From Smithellaceae bacterium (GTDB lineage: Bacteria; Desulfobacterota; Syntrophia; Syntrophales; Smithellaceae): a stretch of DNA of 64,000 bases. A program made the position numbers and the translations under genes. This document shows, piece after piece, positions 10,191 to 19,870 of the stretch. The notes under the pieces are model-generated. The model was not told the origin of the DNA. It saw only the letters and a list, made by a program, of their open reading frames with translations, and did not search any database. The DNA lies in assembly GCA_963667845.2 (NCBI GenBank), contig CAXXVL010000002.1, forward strand, positions 1,792,001-1,856,000. The letters run 5' to 3'. Within the stretch, counting starts at the first letter, position 1. Each line of letters begins with the position of its first letter.

Positions 10191-10738
10191 CCCCGCCGCA
10201 AGCAGCGGGGTATCCAGTGTCCTCTAAAAGAGGACGAGTTGTTTTGACTTGTGTAACACTTTATAGCTTTTTGCTATACCCTGCTCTTTCACATATTTTG
10301 ATATTGTATCTTCATCCCCAAATTTGCTTACTGTGTTCACGAAATATCCATCTGTCCAAAATTCACCACCCCAAAGTTGCGCCTCAATTTCCGGATGATG
10401 CCTAAATACCTCTCGTGCCGTTATGCTCTTTATGAGCGTTATTATTTTCGTCGGACTATACGTCGGAACCGACTGCACCAAAAAGTGAACATGATCCTTG
10501 TCTATTCCAATTTCAAGAAAATGCACCTGGTATCGTTTGGGGATTTCAAGGCAGATTTCCTTATCGCTATATCAACTGCCGGGCTGAATACTACTTTCCG
10601 GTATTTTGCCGGACATACGGAATGATACAATATCACCGATACATTGTGTGACTTGTGTATGTACTTGCTTTTCGACATACACTTACTATATCATTTTTTC
10701 GCCGCAAGCGGCGGGGAATTATACCCTTAGAGATTAAA
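10191..10738 (-). mobile_element. IS200/IS605-family element (tnpA only)
   Basis: Subterminal hairpins CCCCGCCGCAAGCAGCGGGG (10191-10210) and CGCCGCAAGCGGCG (10700-10713) flank a Y1 transposase gene. Confidence 0.9.
10224..10678 (-). pseudogene. tnpA: IS200-family Y1 transposase, frameshifted
   Basis: MSKSKYIHKSHNVSVILYH..CPAKYRKVVF, then a one-base loss near 10560, then HFLEIGIDKDHVHFL (HUH), LWGGEFWTDGYF and ISKYVKEQG; span is 455 nt, not a multiple of 3. Confidence 0.88.
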
Positions 10739-10877
10739 CTTTATTCATTAAATGACCGATTGAGTTATTTGGAGGTCGTGTGGCTATGGATAAAATCGTG
10801 CATGTCACTGTATTATTCTATAGAGCATACGACTCATCAAAAGCCAATGGAGCTAACTTCCTTAGGAGGAGATTAAG

Positions 10878-12191
10878 ATGATCGATCAGTTTATTTCCAT
10901 TGCAGAAGTGCTGGGTTATTTAAAAGTGGAGAATATTTCCGATATCGAAGAAAGGGCGGAGATAATCCAGGGATTTCTTAATAAGCAGGCTAGTAAAGGC
11001 GTCGGAAATGCTTATGAGCGATATCTTGAAAACGGGGCTTCAACCGCGGCGAATGTCATAACGACATATCCCAGGGCCACTAAAGAATGCATAATGTGGT
11101 GTGTCAACCACTATCTCAGCTTAAATAAAAATGCAAACGTGATCGAAAAAGCTTGCAGGGCAATGAAGCATTACGGAACCGGATGCGGCACATCTGCCTG
11201 TTCATGCGGAATGACGTCTCTGCATAAGGAAATAGAAGCGCGCGTTGCGAAACTTGTCGGCAAAGAAGAGGCGGTCGTCTTTCCCACTGGATTTACCGCG
11301 AACCTTGGGGGAATTTCTTATCTGGTCGGGGACAGGGATCTCATTCTCATCGATGGAGAATCTCATTCATCAATGATCAATGGCTGCAAATTATCCATAG
11401 CAAGAAAAATGGCGTTTAAGCATAACGACGTTGCCGACCTGGAAATAAAGCTAAAAAAATACGGCAATGAATATGAAAACATTTTTGTCCTTGTGGAATC
11501 AGCCTATTCGATGAGCGGGGATTTGTCTCCACTGAAAGAAATCACCGCCCTAAAAAAATCATATAAGTTTTATCTCTATGTCGATGAGGCGCATTCCTTT
11601 GGTTTCTATGGGGAGAAAGGACAGGGATATTGTTACGAACAAGGTGTCACTGAAGATGTTGATTTTATTATGGCAACATTTTCTAAAGCGACCGCTTCGT
11701 TGGGAGGCTTCCTTGCATCCAAACATAAGTACTGTGGCATATTGAGATGGGGACCTACTTACATGTTTCAAGCATGCTTAACGCCGCCGGATGCTGCGGT
11801 CATTCTTGCATGTCTTGATGAGATCGAAAGCAATCCTGCGATGATCAGAGAACTTCATGAGAAAAATCAGTATATGCGCGGCTTGTTAAACGCGAAAAAA
11901 TTCAATCTTGGACACAGTCAAAGTCCCATAATCCCAATCATGATTCCAAGTCCTGTCAAATTGTTAAGCGTTGTCGATGATCTTTATGAGGAAGGTATAT
12001 ATTCAACGCCGATTGTATATCCTGCTGTTCAAAAGCACGAAGGAAGAATACGACTTATCTTGAATCTGGCGCATACAAAGGAACAAATCGATTATACCGT
12101 TGAGACGTTAGAAAAGATCTGTAAAAAGCACGATGCGCCCTGTTTCTTAAGTGAAACCAAGCCAGAATCTAATGCTGTATCTCACTGGTGA
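10878..12191 (+). CDS. PLP-dependent alpha-oxoamine synthase family protein (AONS/KBL/SPT/CqsA family)
   Basis: NHYLSL, TGFTAN, SHSSMING, FKHND, ESAYSMSGD, VDEAHSFG, TFSKA (PLP lysine), IVYPAV, RIRL. Confidence 0.9.
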   Translation: MIDQFISIAEVLGYLKVENISDIEERAEIIQGFLNKQASKGVGNAYERYLENGASTAANVITTYPRATKECIMWCVNHYLSLNKNANVIEKACRAMKHYGTGCGTSACSCGMTSLHKEIEARVAKLVGKEEAVVFPTGFTANLGGISYLVGDRDLILIDGESHSSMINGCKLSIARKMAFKHNDVADLEIKLKKYGNEYENIFVLVESAYSMSGDLSPLKEITALKKSYKFYLYVDEAHSFGFYGEKGQGYCYEQGVTEDVDFIMATFSKATASLGGFLASKHKYCGILRWGPTYMFQACLTPPDAAVILACLDEIESNPAMIRELHEKNQYMRGLLNAKKFNLGHSQSPIIPIMIPSPVKLLSVVDDLYEEGIYSTPIVYPAVQKHEGRIRLILNLAHTKEQIDYTVETLEKICKKHDAPCFLSETKPESNAVSHW

Positions 12192-12373
12192 TTTGGTCGA
12201 TCCATTTGTTAAAGCCTCCGGATGCTGAATTCGGCGGCGAGCGCATATCCTGCAGTTTGCCGCATGGATAAGCAAGCGAATCATGTTTCAGATTCTTTCC
12301 CTGGGAATCGAAGGTTTTACGAAGCTTGCTCCTGAGAGCTTCAATCATAAGACACACGAAATGGGAGTCCGAC

Positions 12374-15223
12374 ATGCGGCTACATCCGGTTAGCTTACGG
12401 TTTTCGGATCCGGCATTGGAGAACGAATTCATCAAATCCAATGATGCCGAAATGAAGATATTCAACCAGTTTGGGATCGTGCTTTCCTTTCTGGCCTGGT
12501 TAGGCGTAGACTTTATTTGTTATATTGTCTATCCTGAAAAATTTTTCTTCGTGACAATGGCAACCGCTGTTTGCCTCTACCCTAGTTTTGCTGCTGTCAT
12601 GATAGTGACTCGATTCCCATATCTTGTAAAGTATTATCAGCCCCTGACCGGTCTAGCCAATTTGTTGGCGGGATTATACTTCATTTATCTGGGCAATCAT
12701 GTATTGCAAACGGATATATTGACTATCGCCGGCATAATTGCCTGTATGATATTCGCCTTTTTCATGTTGCGCCTCAGGTTCGTGTATGCGGCCGTCGGGA
12801 CGCTTATTTATGTTGCTGCTTATCAGGCTGACCTGATTTTCAGGGCACACCTCGCACCCAGTGCAAATTTGGATACGCCCATTCTTTCCTTTGCCTTGTG
12901 GACTCTTGAATTGGTCTGTATAGCAGGTGGATATTTTTGGGAGCGCACTACCCGCAAATTATTTTTGACCATTAAAGAAATCATACGACAGAAAAGGATT
13001 GCCGAGGAAGCAACCACAAAGAGCGAATATCTGGCTAACATGAGCCATGAAATCCGTACGCCTATGAATGCAATCATAGGAATGACCTATCTGACCATGA
13101 AAACTGATTTAAGTATTAAGCAACGGGATTATATGGAGAAACTCCAATCCTCTACTCAAACATTGATGGGTATCATCAATGACATCCTTGATTTTTCCAA
13201 AGTAGACGCCGGCAAGCTGGACATCGAGAAGATAGATTTTACTTTAGATGATATATTTATCAATTTGGCCAATCTTCTCGGCATGAAGGCGCGCGAAAAA
13301 GGAATAGAATTGATCTTTGATTACACGGCGGATGTTCCACAGAGCTTAAAGGGGGATCAGCTCCGGCTGGGACAAATACTCATCAATCTAACCAATAATG
13401 CCCTCAAGTTTACCCGCGAAGGCGAGATCAAAGTCAAAGTTGAGGTTATAGCCAAGGAAGAGCAAAAGGTTACGCTGCAGTTCTCGGTAAGTGATACCGG
13501 TATTGGCTTGACCGAAGAACAACAAAACAAGCTCTTTCACGCTTTTTCCCAAGTGGACGCTTCCACCACCCGCAAATATGGCGGCACCGGTTTGGGATTG
13601 GCCATTAGCGAACGGCTGACAACACTCATGGGCGGCAGGATATGGGTGGAGAGTGAGCCCAATGAAGGGAGTACTTTTTTCTTCACAGTCGTAGTCGAAT
13701 ATGGTCAATCACCGAAGGACTACCGGCTACCGGTCCCCAATGAAAACATTAAAATCATGGTCATCGATAGCAATCCGGTCGTGCTGAAAACCCAGATGAA
13801 TATGCTTGAGTCCCTGGGTTTTGCGACCCTTGGCGCTGTTTCCATGGAACGGGGATGGGCCGAACTCAAGAGGGATCAGGATACTGGGGTCGATTTTGTT
13901 TTGATGGATTGGCATACGGCTGATATGGATAGCAAGGGTTTAACTCACTGGAGAAAGTTCTTGGATGCAACAGGTCCTAAAACCCAGGTTATTATGATTT
14001 CGAATTGCAGCCTGCCGGAACTGGCATATAAAGCCAAACAATTCGGTGTAACCAAATGTCTTTCCAAGCCTATTATCCTATCAAAGTTGTTTGATGCCGT
14101 AACGGGAATATTCAGCGATAACGATAAATACTCTGCAACTGATCCGGATTTGCATGCTTCCGCGAAAATCAAGGGAATTAAAATCCTGCTGGTTGAAGAT
14201 GACAAAGTCAATCAACTGGTCGCAACTGCACTCTTGAGCCAATTGGATTTGAAAGTAGATATCGCCGAAAACGGGTTAGAGGCCTTAGAAAAGCTGGAAG
14301 AGGCTGAATACGACATGGTTCTTATGGATATACAGATGCCGGTAATGGATGGTTATGAAGCTACGAAAAGAATCCGGAGCAATCCCCGCTGGCCAAATCT
14401 ACCCGTGGTTGCCTTGACCGGCCATGACATGAGCGAATATCGGTTGAAGGGCAATCAATGCGGCATGAATGACCACATAAATAAACCGGTCAATCCACAT
14501 GAACTTCTCGCGGTTATAACAAAATATGTCAATATCAAGGAATTGCCGGCCCCTGAACCCGGCAAATCAGTTAACGAGTTTGAAAATACGGAAGATTTAT
14601 CCTGGCCCGACTTGCCGGGAATAATAATTGCTGACGGATTGAACAGGGTGAATGGCAAACAAGACTTGTATAAGAAAATCCTTCTGCAATTCAGAGCGAG
14701 TAATGTCGATACAGTAGATAACTTGGAAACAGCCTTATCCACAACCATGGGCGATGACATGACGGCATGCAGGCTGGCGCACACAGTTAAAGGCACGGCC
14801 GCCAATATAGGGGCGGTCCAACTTGCAGTTGTCGCTGCCGAATTGGAATCGGCGCTGATGAGCGGAGGTATTGGTTTTGATGGCGCCTTACTTGCTAAAT
14901 TCGATGAATCGTTCACAGAAGTTATGGACAGTATAAAAAAACTGGAAGAGCTGGATGTTGAACAAAAAATAAAAGAGCAGGATGTCATTAAAGCAGATGC
15001 CGATCGGGATGCTATACGGCCGCTCATGATCGATCTTGCCCGAATGCTGGAGATCGGCTCATCAAAATCAATGAAACAGATTGAAATGCTGGAGAAATAT
15101 TTGTCCAACACCAAGGTGGATAAACAGATTAAACAACTTAAAAGCGATGTGGATATTTTTGATATGGACAAGGCGCTGGAAAGATTAAAGGCGATTGCAT
15201 CGGGCTTGAATATTTCCCTGTAA
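12374..15223 (+). CDS. Hybrid sensor histidine kinase: ~6 TM, HisKA, HATPase, REC, REC, Hpt
   Basis: Hydrophobic N-terminal ~200 aa; [35 protein letters not shown], two receiver domains ([13 protein letters not shown]), [14 protein letters not shown]. Confidence 0.93.
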   Translation: MRLHPVSLRFSDPALENEFIKSNDAEMKIFNQFGIVLSFLAWLGVDFICYIVYPEKFFFVTMATAVCLYPSFAAVMIVTRFPYLVKYYQPLTGLANLLAGLYFIYLGNHVLQTDILTIAGIIACMIFAFFMLRLRFVYAAVGTLIYVAAYQADLIFRAHLAPSANLDTPILSFALWTLELVCIAGGYFWERTTRKLFLTIKEIIRQKRIAEEATTKSEYLANMSHEIRTPMNAIIGMTYLTMKTDLSIKQRDYMEKLQSSTQTLMGIINDILDFSKVDAGKLDIEKIDFTLDDIFINLANLLGMKAREKGIELIFDYTADVPQSLKGDQLRLGQILINLTNNALKFTREGEIKVKVEVIAKEEQKVTLQFSVSDTGIGLTEEQQNKLFHAFSQVDASTTRKYGGTGLGLAISERLTTLMGGRIWVESEPNEGSTFFFTVVVEYGQSPKDYRLPVPNENIKIMVIDSNPVVLKTQMNMLESLGFATLGAVSMERGWAELKRDQDTGVDFVLMDWHTADMDSKGLTHWRKFLDATGPKTQVIMISNCSLPELAYKAKQFGVTKCLSKPIILSKLFDAVTGIFSDNDKYSATDPDLHASAKIKGIKILLVEDDKVNQLVATALLSQLDLKVDIAENGLEALEKLEEAEYDMVLMDIQMPVMDGYEATKRIRSNPRWPNLPVVALTGHDMSEYRLKGNQCGMNDHINKPVNPHELLAVITKYVNIKELPAPEPGKSVNEFENTEDLSWPDLPGIIIADGLNRVNGKQDLYKKILLQFRASNVDTVDNLETALSTTMGDDMTACRLAHTVKGTAANIGAVQLAVVAAELESALMSGGIGFDGALLAKFDESFTEVMDSIKKLEELDVEQKIKEQDVIKADADRDAIRPLMIDLARMLEIGSSKSMKQIEMLEKYLSNTKVDKQIKQLKSDVDIFDMDKALERLKAIASGLNISL

Positions 15224-15239
15224 CGTGAGGCAGACGGAA

Positions 15240-16316
15240 ATGACTGCAGGTTTAAAGGAACAAAAGAAGATACTGGTTGTCGATGACAGACCGGAAAATA
15301 TTCATGTACTGACGGGTATCCTGGAGGATCAATATGATGTGTTGATAGCAGCCAGTGGAGAGAAGGCACTGAAGATCGTATCAATGGTACCGGACATTGA
15401 TATGATCCTGCTTGATATAATGATGCCGACAATGGATGGCTATGAAGTCTGTTGCAAACTTAAATCTGATGAGAAAACCGCGGGTATTCCCGTGATTTTT
15501 GTGACGGCTTTAGCCGCGGCGGAGAATGAAACCAAAGGTCTGGAATTGGGAGCTGTCGACTATATCACCAAACCGTTTAATCCGGCTTTGATCAGTGCGA
15601 GAGTGAGAAATCACCTGGAACTGCAAGGCTACAGAAATAGATTGGAAGAACTGGTAAAGGAGAAGACAAGCGAGTTGGAGATAACACGTGATGCCATGGT
15701 TGAATCCCTGGGGCTCCTGGCGGAAAACCGTCATATGGAAACGGGGCAACATATCAAGCGCACTGTGAAATACGTTCGACTCCTGGCCGATAAACTCAAG
15801 GACGATCCCAATTTTAAAGATTTCCTGAGCACGGAAGTCATCGAGCAAATCGAAAAGACGGCCCCTTTGCACGATATAGGGAAAGTGGGAGTGCCGGATA
15901 GTATCCTTATGAAGCCCGACAGATTGACCAATGAAGAGTTCAAGGAAATGCAAAAACATGCGATAATCGGGTATAATGCGCTCTCCTACTCCGATGCACG
16001 TTTGGAATCCAATGCATTTCTCAGGCTAGCCTGGGAAATGGCTTTCACGCATCATGAAAAATGGGACGGTACAGGCTATCCACGAGGTCTACAGGGTTAT
16101 GAAATTCCCATATCAGGACGGCTAATGGCAGTGGCCGACGCCTATGATGCCATTACCAGCCCGCGCATTTATAAAGCCGCCCAATCCCATGATCAAGCGG
16201 TGGAAGAAATCAGAAGATGCAGCGGAACCGCTTTCGATCCGGATATTGTAAAAATATTCCTCCAGTTCGAGAAAGATTTCTATCGCATCGCCCAGGAATT
16301 CAAAGACAGAGAATAG
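15240..16316 (+). CDS. Response regulator with HD-GYP c-di-GMP phosphodiesterase domain (RpfG-like)
   Basis: REC (ILVVDD, LLDIMMP, YITKP), then LHDIGKVG, HHEKWDGTGYP, AVADAYDA, GTAFDP. Confidence 0.93.
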   Translation: MTAGLKEQKKILVVDDRPENIHVLTGILEDQYDVLIAASGEKALKIVSMVPDIDMILLDIMMPTMDGYEVCCKLKSDEKTAGIPVIFVTALAAAENETKGLELGAVDYITKPFNPALISARVRNHLELQGYRNRLEELVKEKTSELEITRDAMVESLGLLAENRHMETGQHIKRTVKYVRLLADKLKDDPNFKDFLSTEVIEQIEKTAPLHDIGKVGVPDSILMKPDRLTNEEFKEMQKHAIIGYNALSYSDARLESNAFLRLAWEMAFTHHEKWDGTGYPRGLQGYEIPISGRLMAVADAYDAITSPRIYKAAQSHDQAVEEIRRCSGTAFDPDIVKIFLQFEKDFYRIAQEFKDRE

Positions 16317-16357
16317 ACAGAGAACGAAGCCTGGTTAACCGAAAGGAGAGGACTGCC

Positions 16358-16673
16358 ACGAAAAACTTGATCGCTTACCTTACCCAAGGTGGGACAACAG
16401 CCTAGGTTGCAGAAGCTATCCTCGCCGGTTTGCCGAGCAAGGAGCACGAGGTTGACCTCCATAATATGAATGACGGAGTGCCTCCACGACTTGATGGTTA
16501 TGGCGCACTCGGAATCGGATTGCCGGTATATCACTGGCGTGCGCCCTTCAAAGTAATCGATTATGTAAAGACACTTCCTGATCTCAAAGGATTGCCTGTG
16601 CTTGTCTTTCTGCTCTATGCATCCAATTATGCTCATGCTGGAAATTGGGTGCGGAAAACTCTGGCCCGCTCCG
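16358..16673 (+). pseudogene. Flavodoxin-like (EFR1-type) gene remnant
   Basis: AGGAG RBS, start reads ACG, KNLIAYLTQGGTTA*VAEAI (TAG 16403-16405), GIGLPVYHWRAP; truncated, right boundary approximate. Confidence 0.7.
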
Positions 16674-17107
16674 GCTCAGCTTTTCGTTGGTGGAAGGAAA
16701 ACAGACCGATTAAAGATGCTGACCATGTGTTCCTTTGTTTAGAGGACAAGAATTTCTGTCAGAAAAGCTACGGCAAGCCTTTTAAATACAGGCAGCATTT
16801 TATGGGGAATCTGTCTGAACGGGCGAAAGTAAAATCTTTTGGTTTTCATTCTATCCGTCACCTAACGGCATCGACCCTCTATCAACTGGGTTATGTGGTT
16901 GCCGATATTCAAGCAGTCTTAAGGCACGAGAGTGCAACGACCACTGCAAGATATATAAAATCATTGGGGGGCGAAGGAGTACGTTCAGCGTTGGAAGCCT
17001 TGTCGCAACAAAAAGGCAGGATTTTGATTTTCAAGCCACGGGAGGAAAGCGGGGTAGAAAACCCTGCACAAAAAGAAAAAGCCGTCTTAAGAGCCGTCAA
17101 CTCCTAA
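16674..17107 (+). pseudogene. Tyrosine integrase C-terminal remnant
   Basis: FGFHSIRHLTAS (HxxR) and IQAVLRHESATTTARY (H, Y); N-terminal part with the first catalytic Arg is missing; left boundary approximate. Confidence 0.8.
17079..17098 (+). repeat. Tandem AGCCGTC repeat, period 12 (putative integrase arm sites of the older element)
   Basis: AAGCCGTC-TTAA-GAGCCGTC, 70 bp from the att core. Confidence 0.45.
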
Positions 17108-17167
17108 AATGGCTAATTCAGTTTGCGTGGTGACTTCTGCAATAACTTGATATCGTAATAAATATTT

Positions 17168-17212
17168 TGGCGTCCCCATGGGGAGTCGAACCCCAGTTAC
17201 AGGCGTGAAAGG
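17168..17212 (-). other. 3' half of tRNA-Glu(TTC): att site of an integrated element
   Basis: Minus strand CCTTTCACGCCTGTAACTGGGGTTCGACTCCCCATGGGGACGCCA has the anticodon loop, T-arm, acceptor 3' strand and CCA; no matching 5' half (no GTCCCCA, no D-arm, 5' anticodon stem does not pair). Confidence 0.88.
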
Positions 17213-17296
17213 GCGTCCACACCACCCCACCAGTATTGAATTTACAGAGTTTTTTGCTAACATTAGAGTCATAAAAGGCACTATGGACACTACGTT

Positions 17297-17318
17297 TTGT
17301 GTCCGCGCTTGTGTCCGC
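17297..17318 (+). repeat. Tandem TTGTGTCCGC direct repeat, period 12 (putative integrase arm sites)
   Basis: Exact 10-mers at 17297-17306 and 17309-17318, plus inverted GGACAC at 17285, about 85 bp inside the att core. Confidence 0.6.
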
Positions 17319-17545
17319 ATTTGAAATAGCTCCTTCTCATAGTAGGGGCTTTTTTTATTTTATCAATACAAAGGAGGCACAACTTATGAAAATTTAAAAG
17401 ACAAGTTTTGTGAATTTCAGCGGCGCGATGGCGAACCGATCTCTGAATACTGAGGTCGGTTTTTTTGTATCTAAAATCTAACCATTGAACCAATGGTTCA
17501 TCAGCTGTCAATTATGGCAGTGTGAACCTTTGTTCGAAAACCCAG

Positions 17546-17565
17546 AAACGCAGGGTGCTGCGTTT
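17546..17565. promoter_or_regulatory. Palindrome AAACGCAG-GGTG-CTGCGTTT (copy 1)
   Basis: Perfect 8-bp arms; the same core recurs at 19691 and 43992. Confidence 0.65.
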
Positions 17566-17591
17566 TTAAACAAAAAAAGGAGTATTACTTT

Positions 17592-18665
17592 ATGAGCGAA
17601 TTAGTTGATAACAAAAATTCAGAGAATGTAAATGAACCAGTCAGTGCTCAGGAAATTCAACCGCAATCCAATGTCACCGCTGAGCCTCAACATCCTGAGC
17701 ATCTTCACATGGCCCTTCTCGGCAATTCCGCCCCGCTTCGTGATGTTTATCTGAAAGTTTCGGATGATACTGGGCAATTTTTCGAAAAAAAAGAACTTGA
17801 GGATGAGATGATCGAGTTCACTAATCAGGCCAAAGCATTGACAAGGAAAGGCTCAATCGAGGCCATAAACCTTCTCTTGCCGCAACTGATTGCAATATCC
17901 AAATCGTACAATAGACAGATAAATTTTGCCGTGAATGTTTCCAACGGAATTCTCGTCAAACACCAGATCAGGCTGGGATGTGTCTATAATTATCAAAAGC
18001 GTCTTCTCCGGAAAGTCAGCCCTGATATGGATTGGATAGAGTGGTTCAATCAAAAGTATGGCGCAAGCAATCTTCGTTCAGCTCAGGACTATATGCGGCT
18101 GGCAAGTACGCCTAACATCATCCGTTACGCGGTCTTTGGGAAGGAAAGGTTGATTGAGATTCTGCGGGCGATCCCGTCATTTGCTTCGGGTGATGACCCT
18201 ATCGGAGCTTTTCTTGCAAAGTATGGTTTTACATATAACCCTGAAGGTGAAACTTCCATGGACGATTGGCGGTCGAGCATTGATGCCGCAATAGCCATGG
18301 AAAAAATCAGACAGGCGGAAAAGAAAGAAGACCTTGATCTGGAACTGAGTTTTGACCAGGTCAAAAAGCTGATCGACAACAATGTACCAGTTGAATCCAA
18401 GGTGATCAATAATATGGTGATCATAAAAGAAGCCGGCGGCAACGTTGCTGAATACATTGACACAGCTATTCTGGGTAAAGGCGGTGGAAACATTCAGATT
18501 GAACGGGTTGAAAAGTTGGAAAGCGTCCAGAGAATTTCCAAAAAGCTGAAGGAAATAGTTGAGTTTTATACAAAAGAAACGGACGCAATTTCTGAAATCA
18601 ATGTGTTGGCCATCAATGACCTCCGGCAATCCATTGAGGCGTTGACAGCCCTTTTAAACAGGTAA
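17592..18665 (+). CDS. Hypothetical protein with a DUF3102-like (ParB-HTH-related) segment
   Basis: AGGAG RBS; WIEWFNQKYGASNLRSAQDYMRLA resembles the DUF3102 WxxWL...RTAQxYMRLA signature. Confidence 0.55.
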   Translation: MSELVDNKNSENVNEPVSAQEIQPQSNVTAEPQHPEHLHMALLGNSAPLRDVYLKVSDDTGQFFEKKELEDEMIEFTNQAKALTRKGSIEAINLLLPQLIAISKSYNRQINFAVNVSNGILVKHQIRLGCVYNYQKRLLRKVSPDMDWIEWFNQKYGASNLRSAQDYMRLASTPNIIRYAVFGKERLIEILRAIPSFASGDDPIGAFLAKYGFTYNPEGETSMDDWRSSIDAAIAMEKIRQAEKKEDLDLELSFDQVKKLIDNNVPVESKVINNMVIIKEAGGNVAEYIDTAILGKGGGNIQIERVEKLESVQRISKKLKEIVEFYTKETDAISEINVLAINDLRQSIEALTALLNR

Positions 18666-18759
18666 ACACACCACTTTGAATCCATGGTGTTAATTAAAAT
18701 GGGTGCCTCTGGTCGAGGGTCAACTTTACCGGAGGCACCCATTAAATAAGGAGATTATT

Positions 18760-19650
18760 ATGAAAATATACAACAGCAGTTTATCTGTCGAGGTCGTAAT
18801 GAAATATAAAAAGCTTTTCCCGGATAGCAGAATCAACGTTCTCAGAAGCTTTGCTGTTCTGGATGCCGATGTTGCCTTGTTGTGCAAGAGGTTCCGTCCG
18901 CATATCGGAGGCCTGATTTTAGATTCAGGAACATGGACGTTGAATCAGGCTCCGGCAGCAATAGCGGCAAACATTACGGTTGAGAGATATATAGCCTATC
19001 TGCGCACTGCCGCAAAGTATTTTGATTTCTATTTCAATTTTGACTCAAACTTTGAATCAGACGGTTTTGAGGAAAATTATGCCAATCAGCTCAAGATCGA
19101 GGCAAGCGGGTTTTTTCCGGTGCCGGTCGTCCACGACATCGAAGGCAAGGAAATTCAAACCTACATCAATAGAAATTATCGCCGTGTTGCCCTTGGTTCA
19201 AGACAGATTAAGACTCTGGCAACGCTCAAAAAAGTCATGCTGAGGTTTAAGGGCACGGGAATCAAGGTACACCTCTTCGGTCAGACAAACGTTGATCTGC
19301 TGGCCAATACACCCATCCATTCCTGTGACACTGCCATGTGGGCGAGAGAAGGCGGTTGGGGGAAAATCCGGTATTGGAACCCTCAGAAAAAGAGTGAGAA
19401 TAAAACCGACCGCATTTATCTGGAGGAATACATCAAGACAGACCCAAATGATGGAATAACTTTTTCCAGGTATCGGTACCGCAGAGAATTTGAGGAATAT
19501 CTGTGGAACACATTCAAGCTTAAGCATGATGATTTGATCGGCAAGGATGGACATTACAACAAGCAGCTGGTCAATTTACATTACTTTGTGCAGCTTGAAA
19601 AAATCATCACTGATATTCATAAAAAGAAAGGATTTGAAACTGATGAATAA
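18760..19650 (+). CDS. TGT-fold guanine transglycosylase-like protein (phage DpdA-like)
   Basis: Motifs in the expected order: LILDSGTWT, FNFD, PVPVVH, VALGS, KVHLFGQT, PIHSCDTAMW; AAGGAG RBS before ATG 18760. Confidence 0.7.
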   Translation: MKIYNSSLSVEVVMKYKKLFPDSRINVLRSFAVLDADVALLCKRFRPHIGGLILDSGTWTLNQAPAAIAANITVERYIAYLRTAAKYFDFYFNFDSNFESDGFEENYANQLKIEASGFFPVPVVHDIEGKEIQTYINRNYRRVALGSRQIKTLATLKKVMLRFKGTGIKVHLFGQTNVDLLANTPIHSCDTAMWAREGGWGKIRYWNPQKKSENKTDRIYLEEYIKTDPNDGITFSRYRYRREFEEYLWNTFKLKHDDLIGKDGHYNKQLVNLHYFVQLEKIITDIHKKKGFETDE

Positions 19651-19685
19651 ATGCTGACCCCGGCTTGGAGTAACACTGGCATAGC

Positions 19686-19709
19686 AAAAGCGCAGGATGC
19701 TGCGTTTTT
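19686..19709. promoter_or_regulatory. Palindrome AAAAGCGCAG-GATG-CTGCGTTTTT (copy 2; could also act as a terminator)
   Basis: Same CGCAG-N4-CTGCG core, about 35 bp after the DpdA-like stop. Confidence 0.6.
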
Positions 19710-19870
19710 TGAGAAAGGGGCGATGTTATATGATTTGATTTAATGGTTATATGGAAAGTCTCTAACTAAAATTTAATTAAAATGAACCCGAAAAATGAAA
19801 GGGGCCGTTCAATGTTGAGTCGGTCCTTTTCTATTTTCAAAACCAACAATAAATTAAAGGAGAAAATATT

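Noticed and set aside
14455..15432. 325-aa minus-strand ORF
   Set aside because: Ser-rich antisense shadow of the kinase and regulator genes
17168..17245. Intact tRNA-Glu gene
   Set aside because: No 5' acceptor strand or D-arm, and the 5' anticodon stem does not pair; reported as an att fragment
18665..18760. preQ1 riboswitch ahead of the TGT-like gene
   Set aside because: Hairpins are present, but I could not match the preQ1-I stem-loop plus A-rich tail consensus; needs an Infernal search
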